Assembly (NCBI GenBank): GCA_976226885.1
Contig: OZ320319.1
Span: 47,182,001-47,246,000, forward strand
Direction of reading: 5' to 3'
DNA length: 64,000 bases
Source of the DNA: Iphione sp. A-MEVVRFRX5
Taxonomy: Eukaryota
The translations under genes and the position numbers were made by a program. Under the pieces are notes generated by a model. That model was not told the origin of the DNA, searched no databases, and saw only the letters and a program-made list of their open reading frames with translations. Of this stretch, positions 26,220 through 37,818 are shown one piece after another. Position 1 is the stretch's first letter; every line of letters begins with the position of its first letter.

Positions 26220-27086
26220 TCCATAGATTCCAACAACAAGTGGCTCTCCTACGACAGTAAGCGGGACGCCATGGTAAACAGCCTGCTTTCTAACAACAAG
26301 GCTCTGCAGGCAAAACTTGCACAGAAAACACCAAGTGACTTGAGCCAGACCAACCTGGTTGAGGAAGCAGAGCGATGGCGGGCAATAGCTGAGGAGGAGA
26401 TCGAGCTCAGGCAGTACGCCGAGAGTGTTAACCACCGCCAGCAGCTTTTCATAGATCAACTGCAAGGAGCACTTCAGACAGCACAGGAATCTGCGCCTTC
26501 AAGCTCCCTTAAAGACTATTCCTCTTTGGAAAAGGCTCGTGAGCGGATCATTCTGCTTGAGAACCAGGTGCAGGTCATCTCTGAGGATTTTGAAGAGGAG
26601 AGGCGAGATCGCGAGCGTGCCCAATCACGCATTTCTGAGCTGGAGTCGGAGTTGCTCCTGGTTCGGGAGCAGCATGCCCAGTTCCAGGGTGACCACATGG
26701 CCTACCTGGCCATGCGAAGGGAGCGCTCAGCCGACCTTTACCGCCAGGAGTACCAACGCCAGTTGTTTCTACAACAGAATCAGCAGCAACCGGAGGATGT
26801 GACCGGTACATACAGTAGCCCATCCCGGTCACGGCTCATTCCACACGGCCACGTTGAGTGTGACGCGCCTTACGATGAAGACGAGAATGATGAGGACGAG
26901 CTGGACATTCAACTATCATGTACAACTCGAGGACAGACTAATTGCAGGAGCTTGAGCCCAAGCAGGTCAAGCAGTAGTGTCAGCACAAACTCTTCCTATG
27001 CCAGCATGTTAGAGTGTCCTAAATGTCATCAGAAATTTCCTGTTGATGACCCATTGACGTTTTTGGAGCATAATGATCAGTGTTAA
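26220..27086 (+). CDS. TNIP2: TNIP2/ABIN-2-like protein, exon 2: EABR-like coil, UBAN ubiquitin-binding coil, C-terminal C2HC zinc finger
   Basis: Acceptor [30 protein letters not shown] resembles TNIP2 [51 protein letters not shown] resembles TNIP2 [35 protein letters not shown]. CPKC-x14-H-x3-C directly precedes TAA. Confidence 0.92.
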   Translation, partial: [288 protein letters not shown]

Positions 27087-30000
27087 TGAAGCCTTACACC
27101 CACAACCGATGGAAGTGGGTAAACTGTGATATTTATATATAAAAGAGTGATAACCAGAAAGAAACGACATATACACGTATCTGAGATTCATTTGGCAGGC
27201 CTATTTCAGCAAAAGAGAATTTTCATTATCAATCTCATGATTCAAAGAGTTCCACTTGATTTATAACTTATACATGTATTTATTCTCAAAACATGGCAGC
27301 CATCTTTAATTCTATCTATTCTTATTTGGCAATACCTTGTTATATATATTGGATACGGTATATTGTAGAAGCTGTGATCAGTAACCCTACTTTCCTGAAC
27401 GTTGAATTATATGATTTGGAGCCTCGACCCAAACATTACATTGTCAATTTTCCCTACCTTGTCTCTCCCGCGGATTCAAACCAGGATCGTTGCTACAGCC
27501 TACAACTGTTTCTGTGATCTATCAACTGGGCCACAACATCTCTCGCTTTTTCACCTTGCTAACACTGTTATAGGTTTCTGGTACATGTTGCGTGTCTCCT
27601 GTAACAAACTACTGTATACGGGTGAATATAACTTGTGCAGTGCTCTGTATCCTTCTGCATGGGAGACTGTAACCATTAGTCTTCTCCACACGTGACTGTT
27701 ACCTGTGCTGTGCCTTCTGTATCTTCTGGTAGAGATGACTATTCTCTGTTGTGTGCCTTTGGAACAAGTGACTATACTACCTGTATAGGCATTTGTCATG
27801 CTTTGAGTAAGATACACCTCATTAGAGGAAGTAAATATCCATTGGTAGAGATTACCTTGGCTGTGCCTCAGTAATCTCTATCTTATAAAGACCGTTACAA
27901 ACCATAACAAATCTCATATCTATTTATCTTTTCACACAATGTATTTTATTTTAGTAATGTATAAGTACCAGGATAATGCATGATTATACTTAAATATTTA
28001 TTTTTACTGTAGATATGTTGTAGTCCATGTCTTCAAGGTTCACTAAAGCTGCAAGTGTGGCAATGTTTGATATGGATATTGGCCTGTATATATAATTTAT
28101 TTGTGTGATTCTATGAGTGCGTTCGTATGAAGAAAAAGTATTCAGAAACTGCGGCATGAAAATAAAGTGTCAAAACGATCTCAAATGTATAGACTCGTTT
28201 CAATTATTTTTTTCATAAAGACAAGCACACATATATTTCAGTTTATTTCATTGTATCTTTAACCAGGAATATATTCACCTATCTTCAGGACAGGGCTCTT
28301 CCATATCCTCCTAGGGTAGCATATAGCATACTAACATCTCTTATTGAGAACTGAGAGACCACAATACCGGGGATGCCCCCTACATAGCAATAATATCCCT
28401 AAAAACGTAGCTACTGTCCTATCTTGGTGATACATCACAGTAATGTTGCTTGACACAATCAGTACCTGTGTCTATTGACAATAATTTGTTGACTGTCACA
28501 GAAAAATGACAATCAGAGGCAAGGTTTCGAAAATATCTCTTCAGGCATCACTTGTTAGTTTTTCTCACGGCGTCAGTATTACAAAAATAACCCTAAACAT
28601 ATATCAATAATATAGTCTATAAAATATTTTATTAAAAACGTTAAGTTAAGCAATTAGACCATAAGGCTGGGTTTTAACATGTTAACAAAGACAGTCTATT
28701 CCATGGGAAAATGTATCAATGCCACCAATTATTTACAAGTGATCATACTAATATAAAACCTGACGAATCGATGTTATAAACAGCCATGTTAAGTAAAGGC
28801 CTCATGAAAGCAGACTTGAACGTTAATCAGAAAGGAATCAGACAGAAAACCTACATCTCTTTCAGTTCTTTCATACAAGTATTGAGAGGGAGAGAGTCTA
28901 AACTGGAAAATCTAATAAAAAGGAACAGGAAGTAGTGCGACTAAAATACCGATAACGAACATTCCCAACCGCATAAAAAACCGTAAAATAGAGGAAAGCG
29001 GTCACAGACATGCGCGTTATGTCATGTGCATCTGGTGAATTCTTGCGCAAGATCCACTGGGAATTCCTTGTCACGGGATTCCCGTCGATCCAAAACGAAA
29101 AAAACGAAGTGGAAACTTCGACCACGGGTTACAGCCTATCTGTCACGAGAGGAGATTAGGATACGACGGCAGACAGTCCTCGACTTGGTGACAGATACAC
29201 ACAGGGGTGGGGCGGCGGGTGGGGGTGGGGGGGTGTAGGTCGTCGGGGGTGTCGTCCCATATCAGCTAGATAAAGTGATTAGAAACCAACTCTGAACCCA
29301 CTATAAGCTCTGAATACTCAAAATGCATTGTCACTACCTAGCACGTCTTCCAACTTGAATATCACACTCGGTGACTTTCCGCGAGTGACTGGTGATGGGC
29401 TTTCGACCAAACGGGCCGGGCTGCAGGAGGCCCCAACAACAGTTTACCCATCACTATGCCAACTCTGTTTCGCTGTTGCCCTTGGCGACACGATGATACG
29501 GGACGTATGACCTATACAAAAAGCACGAGGAGGGGAACGGAATGAGTGTGTGTCAAAGTACGCGGAACTTCCAGCGGCATCTTTTCCTTACCGGGCATCC
29601 ATATAAATAGCAACTAGGGGAAAGTTCGGATGTCCATGGATCGCAGAGTCATAATCACAAGATGAAAAACCAATTTGAAAAACCAAACTAAATAGAGAAG
29701 GGTTTATCCACTCGTACATATTGACGTGTGTTCGGTCATGCTTGAACGCTCACATAGGGGAGGGAGGCCTTTCTAAAACAGGATATCTTTTAGCACATAA
29801 CACTTAATTTATATATGTGTCTAAGCATCACGTGTAATGTGTCACACGGTCACACATGGTGAAATCCCTTCACAGGGTTGCCATGGCACTGGCGAGTGAC
29901 ACATGCCTTTCGGCACCCTCATCCACCTACTTGTTATTCACATGCAAACAGACGGTTAAACATTGTAGAATTAGGGACACACCTTGGGGTAGGTATATGC

Positions 30001-30133
30001 GCGTAAAATATACATGTACATGTACATACACATCTTAACAATTTTTAAATTTGAAAAACAACCCTTTCCACGGTTGCATGGAGTAGAGAAGCCCTCACCA
30101 CGTTTTATGAATATAAATGTACATATGCATGTA

Positions 30134-30310
30134 CAGTGGAAACCCTATTTGAGACCACCACTTGGGACCAAGCTCAAGTGGTCTCATTGGTGAATTTGGT
30201 CTTAAATAGGGGATCAACTATACAGACATCAATATTTTGATTCCCAGCTATAATGGTCTTAAACTGAATTTGGCCTGAAATTGATGTAGTCTTAAATAGG
30301 GTCTCAACGG
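30134..30310. mobile_element. Tc1/pogo-type MITE (177 bp)
   Basis: TA-CAGTGGAAACCCTATTTGAGACCAC ... GTAGTCTTAAATAGGGTCTCAACGG-TA; 25-bp TIRs match 20/25; TA on both sides. Confidence 0.8.
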
Positions 30311-32109
30311 TACTATAAGATATGTTTTATTTTTGGTTATCGGAACAGCTCAGTCACACTCACAGAAGAGTGGGCCATAATAAACTTAATATGTACATGT
30401 TAGGCTGTATCTGTGGTTGTAAGTCGAGGTTGTGAAATTCATTCATTTTTCTGCGGTCATTGCTGAGTGAGGGATGTTGAACATCCACATTCAGTTCATT
30501 TCACACATACCCGTTATTGATGGATTTCCCATGGGTTCAGTCTAGCACGCTATGACTCACTCACACACTCACAATGTTCAATATTAAAGGGTTCACGTAA
30601 GTGATCGGTAGCAGATATTTGCACCACAACTTACTCACGCCATTGCTCATCTGCACCACAACCAACTTACTATCTATTCCAGTGCCATCTTCCCACTGAT
30701 CACTGGCCACTAATAACTTCTAAGGGGCTATTCACATGTGAACATATGAAAAATGTCTATGTGTCCGCAAGCATAGGTACCCCCTGTAGTTTCCTGATTT
30801 TAATTGCTACCATATGTTAACCAGATGTAGTTGACTACTACTTCCTATAGAATCCGGATCCAAACACAGGGACAACCCAACTTTTTGGATTGACATCCAT
30901 GTCCGGAAGCAGACATGGAGAAGTCTGGATGCATCTGCAGGCCTGTATTGTTTTAAAACAGGCTGGGAAAAAATATGTCTGTGTCCAGATGCGGAGCTTA
31001 CAAATATGTACACATATGAATAACCCCTAAGGTTCTCCCCTGATTTCCTTCATGTTCCAAAGAAATACAGCATATATTACTAGCAAATCTGAAACCCATG
31101 TCTGTCCCACGGTTTAGTCTCCGCCATGTTCTGGGATTTGTTTTTTTTGTTTTTGTTCGGGGATTCAGGCCGGGCTCCACTATAAACGGAATTATGCTTT
31201 CGATATACATGTACCAAGTAGTTCTACTGATTAGGACCAAAGATACGATGGTTCAAATCAATCAAATTGCCTATCGACGATGCTGCCAGATGGCAGGTAC
31301 ACGCTGGTTATGGTGCCAGTTTGCCAGTTTGGTTATACCGTAAACTGTCTAGTATATCAGTGATTCCATTTTAGGTAACTGTATATGGATCTGGCAAACT
31401 GGAATTGTACAAAGTTCCATCCAATTTCTACGCCACAGTTTGCCACACCACCTCCTGTCATCACCACCACCCCCACTGATATGCTGAGAAAGAGGAACAC
31501 GACTATACATGATTCACGAGGATCCTACAGAAAGGGGAATGAATGTGCTAATGTGCGGGTTAATGAAAGGGAAACGAACTCGGAAATAATGTTGCCAATA
31601 GGATCTGTTTAGTTTCAGATCCTCCTATCACAGACACGATTACTTCCTGAATGAATTAACCCGGACTATTTTTTATACGTATTCTATGAAACAAATTTGC
31701 AGAAAATTTACACCATAAACTTGACAAAGGTATTTTTTTTCTTAAAAACACTACCACGCAACTACAAATGTATTCCAGACTCGACTAAAACGAGTAATTT
31801 AAATAGTTCCAAAAGGAGAAAGTTACGGGAAGTACAGGTATCTACTGTATCTCGTTGAAATCGTTGGTAACTGGACAGGTTGGGAAATTCCTGAACTGTG
31901 CTTCTACCTGGCGGCAAACTCTACAGTTATTGGCAACTTTAGTGTATAACATGATATAATATATCGATAGGCTAAAAGCGTCATCAGTGTGTCAATTAGT
32001 GCTTTGGTAACAAACATTTGGTATTTTACTCCTTCGACAACATGTATAGACAAATTTTGCATACACTTTTCAGGTCATGTTTCCTGAGTTCCGCGGTTAA
32101 TCCATAAGG

Positions 32110-32700
32110 TTCATACAGATGGCTGGATGGTTTCAAGGTTAAAAGGTCAGATAACAGCATTTCCACATCCGTGCCTAAATGCATGGGGTTCTGGACATTC
32201 AATTTCTTTGTAAAATGCTCGAAGAACATTTACAAAGTATGCGCGCACTACTTATTATAGTAACTCAAACACCAGTTCTCAGAGTGAGTTTGGTACTTCT
32301 GTATTTTTCAAGGATCAGAGAACGTGGGTGGAGTACATATTTAGGATATATCTTTTTCTCGCCTGACATCATTTCTGCAAAAGAATACAGAATGCAAGTA
32401 ACTTAGGATATAAACTTCATCCACTTCCCTTTATCTACCGGGGGCCAAAATATAAAACGACTAATTCGATATTGCATGGTTTTCCAAGAACAAACCATCT
32501 TTAGCATGGGGATCTTCGGTTTTCCCAAAAGAAATCTGGAGTGTTTCCTACTATGTCTAACACCAAAATACAGATGGATACATCTAGAAACCATGGTAAG
32601 ACTTCCTATGGTCCCCCACCAGCCATTCAATCAAGTGGAACTAATAAGGTTTGGCTGGGTGAACACACTGTGGCATAGCTACATGCCTTATATCAATTTG
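32110..32700 (+). mobile_element. Decayed Gypsy-type LTR retrotransposon reverse transcriptase fragment
   Basis: ITAF ... VLDIQFLCKMLEEHLQSMRALL ... TYLGYIFFSPDII resembles KTAF ... YLDDI....TLEEHLQHLR.VL ... YLGHIVS..GI in the right order; YLDD is destroyed. Confidence 0.58.
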
Positions 32701-32978
32701 GCCTTAAAATTCTTAAAATAAAGCAGGAACAAGAGTGTGGACCTGCGAGGTCTCAATCATCCATTTTATGGCTGACTGCTTGCATGGCTTGACGGTTCTG
32801 CCTGCCTGGGCACACAGAGGTCCCAGACTACTATAAGCTGGTACTAGCAGAAGGGAAGTATTGGTAAGTGTGTGTGTTCGGTGTGTGTGTGCGCGCATTG
32901 TCAGACCTAGGAATCCCCAAACCAGGTATGTATGTTTGTGGATGTGTTAGCAAAAGAGTAAATTGACATAATTCTGTA

Positions 32979-33254
32979 GATTATATGAGCTTACCAGTGA
33001 AATATGATCTTGACTTTAGGACATTACTCCACACAGGTGTACATCTAAGATATGATCACTTAACATTGTACCCAACCATAGCCAGTCATTCAAAGGAGTC
33101 TTCAGCAATAAGATCCAAATGTAAGAAAAAGAGCAGAATGGAAAACCATCTAGTAAATTATACCCACCAGGAAGGGAGAGGTGGACAGATGTACACCTGT
33201 GTGGAGTAATGTCCTAAAGTCAAGATCATATTTCACTGGTAAGCTCATATAATC
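32979..33254. mobile_element. MITE with perfect long TIRs and TA target duplication
   Basis: 32976-33046 is the exact reverse complement of 33187-33257 (71 bp, including flanking TA and one more base); 140-bp internal spacer. Confidence 0.9.
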
Positions 33255-34869
33255 TACTAGCTTTAGTTCCATTACTCCACACTAGGTCTCCTTTTGAGAC
33301 TTCAAAGCCATGAAGCTCTGGTGAAGACATGAGGATCTTATTGCTGAATATCTTTAAAGAAAGAACAACATGAAGCATGACACCACATGCCGACCTCATA
33401 ATCTCAGACCGAGTTGAATAACCAGAAAAAGTGTGGGTATCAACACTAAACAAACTAGAGCCCAAATGTACAAAGACTGTACCTATGTGTACCACAAATA
33501 GGTTTGAATACAGTAAATATGTGAACACAAATGTGCAAACAAACAAACCTATAAACCATCAATATGCAAATGCCCACTCAAAAACACTGACTACTGTATA
33601 CATAAACTGCAATACATATAAACTGGTGGGTAGGGGGGTCCCAGCATTGAACCTAGTGACAAGAAGGTGTTAATTGGAAATTAATGGCAATTTAAGTATC
33701 AGAACCGCGATTAAGGACTTCATTTCATGACAGGTCTGAAGTTTATTCACTCTGCTCTTGGGCTGGGACGTCCCAGCCCTCGAGCATAGTGACTAAACTT
33801 CTAGACCTGTCATTCAATTCCGTCCCTAATCGCTTAGACCATATCTCAGAAGAACACCTAATGTGGACTAACGGAACGAAAGTTCACCTTTAAAATACTT
33901 GAATTACTATTAAATTACCCAGTGCCATGGGTCTATATACACAAGTATCATATACCGGTATCAAATTCAGTTCATTTGAGTGAAGGGTTTGAGAGTGATA
34001 AGGCCCACAAGAGTGTGATGGAACGTCAGCCAGCAGCATTCCTAAGGTCCCCCCCTCTATATAAGGCAGAAGACAATAAGCCAGTACCATGCTTCCATGT
34101 AAATGAAAATTCGGCTCATTTGACTTAAGGGTATTGAAGTTATAAAGCTTACAAGGTTGCAACAGAAGGTCAGATGGTCAGATAGCAGTATTCTTAACCC
34201 AATGAAGGCGGCAGGTAAGAATTATATATTCCTACAGACGGCCCAGTGCTTTGTGAGGTACAGGGTTGAAGAGGGCGAGGCCTTAGACAAGGACAACATT
34301 GTTATAAGTGCATTTCTTATTATGTATAAAATAAAAGGATAATATATTAATTAATATATTAATGTATTAACATGGAACAATATCCTTTTATTTGTTACTA
34401 TAAGATGCATCTCGGTAGGTATTATTAAATGTATCATTTTACTGAAATGCAATACAAATCATATATGCCTGGAGCATATACCACCCTAAACATGGTAATA
34501 CCTATAGGCATACATCGCCCTATACACGGTAATGCCTATAGGCACACATCGCCTTCATTGGGTTAAGGCCTTCCCCATGAGGGGGGGAGTTGTGACTTTA
34601 AAATCTGGGAAGAGTATGTCATTTACATTCTTAGGTCAGACCAGAAATCTCTAGTCTCCATCTGGCGGAATATTTACAAACTACCATAGGTACATGTATA
34701 TGTACATTGTACTTACAATACCGTGTCTACACTTATCCCAGCTCACCTCCTCCCAATCCCACTTACAGTTCTTCCCCGCCCCGTCTACGATACATACTCC
34801 TACAGATACATGCATGTAGCTTTGGTCTGAAATTTGTAGTGCAGAGGCCGAAAGAGAGAGGGGGAAAGG

Positions 34870-34871
<2 letters not shown>

Positions 34872-34954
<83 letters not shown>
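34872..34954. repeat. (GA)n microsatellite
   Basis: Direct reading; one interruption. Confidence 0.95.
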
Positions 34955-35773
34955 CTGAAAAAGAAAGACGGACAGACAATCAGACAGATATAAGAGAGAA
35001 AGAGGGATGGGAGAGGTTAGTATCTGTGGCGATATGAATATAACGGTATGCTGCTTGGTGGTCCCTATATACATGTATTTATAAGACTACTAGTGCAAGT
35101 CAAATTAAGACAAGAACTCCTCCAGCTCCTGGCCTTATGAACAGTTAAAATTATCAGTGATCCATATGACAGAAACGTATACCGCCGTATTCCATGTAGC
35201 CTCATCGAAAGAATCAATATTTAGCACCTTAAATGATTTCACACTGCCCATTATTTTTGTACAGGGACAGATTCGATGATAGAAGACCTGACTGTATCTG
35301 ATTAGGCATACATGTATGCATACGTATAGAAACTATATTATTGTAAATCCCTTAAAGTACTTTTTCTCTTTGTTAATTATAGCCATTGTGTAACCTCACC
35401 TACAAGAGTCTCTTCAGACAAAAGGATATGAAGCATCATTTTGATATACCCATAAGTATTTAAATAGGGTTATAAAATACCCCTACTGACTCCTATCTAT
35501 TTATCAGTGTTAAGGTCGGACTCCTACTGCCAAATTATCCGGAACCAATCAACACTTGATTCCGAGACTCAAGTACAAAATACTTTACAAAAACAAATAG
35601 ATTTGATTGATCTCTCTCCCCACCCATACACACCAAAAACAATAAAGTACATAATCTGTAACATTTCAAAGATTATTAGCGATATATTTTTTCTGTGGGA
35701 AGCATCTATAATGGAGGATCTTCCGCTAAAACAGAAAGGAAAAAACAGATTATAAGATAAGAATGGTACAGCA

Positions 35774-36421
35774 AACGCTGCATATGGAGGTCACACTCTC
35801 GCAAATAGTGACAGCATGAGTGAGAGTAAGAATGTGAGTGAAAGCATGAGTGAGAGTATGAGTGAGAGTATGAGTGAGAGTGTCAGTAACTGAGTAAGAG
35901 TGAGAATAAGAGCAAGAGCATGAGTGAAAGTAAGAATAAGAGTGTTGGAGCATGACTAAGTGTGTGAGTATGATTATGTGAGTATGAGGATAACTATGAT
36001 TGAAAGTGACAGTGAAAGTGTGCCTTTGAAGTGTCAGTGAGAGTGAGTCTAAATGAGAGTGTAAGAGTGAAAGCATGAGTATGTGTAAAAAAAGCATGAG
36101 TGTTAGTAAGAGTGTAAATGAGTATAGGTAAGAGTGAGAGTGAGAGCATGAGTAAGACTGAGAGTATGAGTGGGAGTATGATGGTGTGAGAACAAATTAG
36201 GAGTGTGATTGAGAGCCTGAGGGAGAACATGGGTGGTAGTGTGAGTGAGAACATGAGTATACATGTATATATGAGTGAAAGTGTAAGTGTCAGTGAGAGC
36301 ATGAATGAGAGTGAGAGTAAGTGTGTGTGAGTGTTAGTGAGAATATGTGAATGAGAGGTGAGTGAAAGTGAGAGTGTGTGTGAAAGCAAGAGGGAGAGCA
36401 AGAATGAGAGTGTCAGTGAGT
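35774..36421 (+). repeat. Hexamer-based (ATGAGT/GAGAGC/GTCAGT) minisatellite with conserved leader, copy 1
   Basis: Leader AACGCTGCATATGGAGGTCACA.TCTC.CAAATAGTGA followed by a degenerate GAGTGA-type array. Confidence 0.9.
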
Positions 36422-36439
36422 CATTATTTTACAACTGTT

Positions 36440-37110
36440 TGTTTTTTTTGTGCCAATCTCAAAGAATTACACCCAAATCTGTGTTTTTTGTGCCAACTAC
36501 CCACTGGGAAAGTTCTGTATACATTATCTGTATACATTATCTACTAGGCAGAAAAACTACAATAACTTCAGTTGTAGGACTCCTAGAGGGACAGGACTTA
36601 AACTAAAATACTGCAGGCCAGGTGATGCAGGTAATAGGGGCAGGTAAAGGAGAAAACCTTCAATAACTTAAAAAAAAAACTACTGCACCAGAGGGATGGC
36701 ACTTGGGCCACAATACTGCAGGACAGGTGGCATGGATGACAGCAATAGTTAAAACTATCTCCTTTGTTTTGTGCTGATTGCAAATAACTATGCCCAATTC
36801 TGTACTTTTTGTGCTAATCACGAACAAGTATGCCCAATTATGTTACAATTGCATATTTTTGGGTGCTGATCTGAAAGAAGCGGCCTAATTCTGTGTTTTT
36901 TGTGCTGATCCCCTAGAGCAAAGGCTCTGTATACATGTCGTACTATGCAGAAAATTCAGTTCTATGACTTCTGGAAGGATGGGACTTGAACCAAAATACT
37001 GCAGGCCAAGCAACGGAGGTGATGAAAACCTATAATAACTTGGCAACTACTGCCTCTAGAGGGATGTGACTTGAACCAAACTACTGTGGGCCAACTTGCC
37101 AGCTCAACTT
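36440..37110 (+). repeat. Composite degenerate repeat block related to 19680-19855 and 20640-20715
   Basis: TTTTGTGCTGAT...TATGCCCAATTCTGT units (36440-36495, 36760-36910) interleaved with AGAGGGAT.GGACTTGAACCAAAATACTGCAGGCC units (36540-36740, 36970-37100). Confidence 0.8.
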
Positions 37111-37611
37111 CAAAGACTGAACAACCTCTCACTTTAACACTGGTTTTGCCATAGGCTCTGAAAGGGAAGCAAACTAAAGTTATGTAAATGCCCAAAAGGC
37201 AGCTAGGGGATCTGAGGCTAAGCCCCTCCCACCTATAACATTGCGTTCCCCCTGCCAGTAACGGAGGTTACCTCTCTCCGCTAGAACCAACAGAGACATC
37301 GCGGAGGTAATCTCAATTGGAAAGTTCTGAGAAGAAAACAGGTCGTGATGGATGATTGCATGCTGGGACAAACACATTCCTAATGCCCTCCCCCTTAGGC
37401 AGTGGACTCTGATGAATGTCCTCTTCTGGAATTTTTTTTTCATATTCTTGTAATCTAGTGTACATTATTCACCTGAAAATAATCTTCTGAATACTGAGGA
37501 GCAAGGGTGTATCCAAAAGATGGAAATGTGTACAAAGTGTGACGTTTTGATTAACAAATCATTATGCAAAGTACTTATCTTTCCAGTTTTTACACAACAA
37601 ATTGTGTACTA

Positions 37612-37818
<207 letters not shown>

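Noticed and set aside
27087-28166. Six ATTTA pentamers in the putative TNIP2 3' UTR (AU-rich elements)
   Set aside because: Dispersed, and close to the roughly 3-4 expected in AT-rich sequence.
36975-36995. GGTTCAAGTCCC B-box-like words (also near 43995 and 58515)
   Set aside because: No A box at proper spacing and no cloverleaf; no tRNA gene or SINE head supportable.
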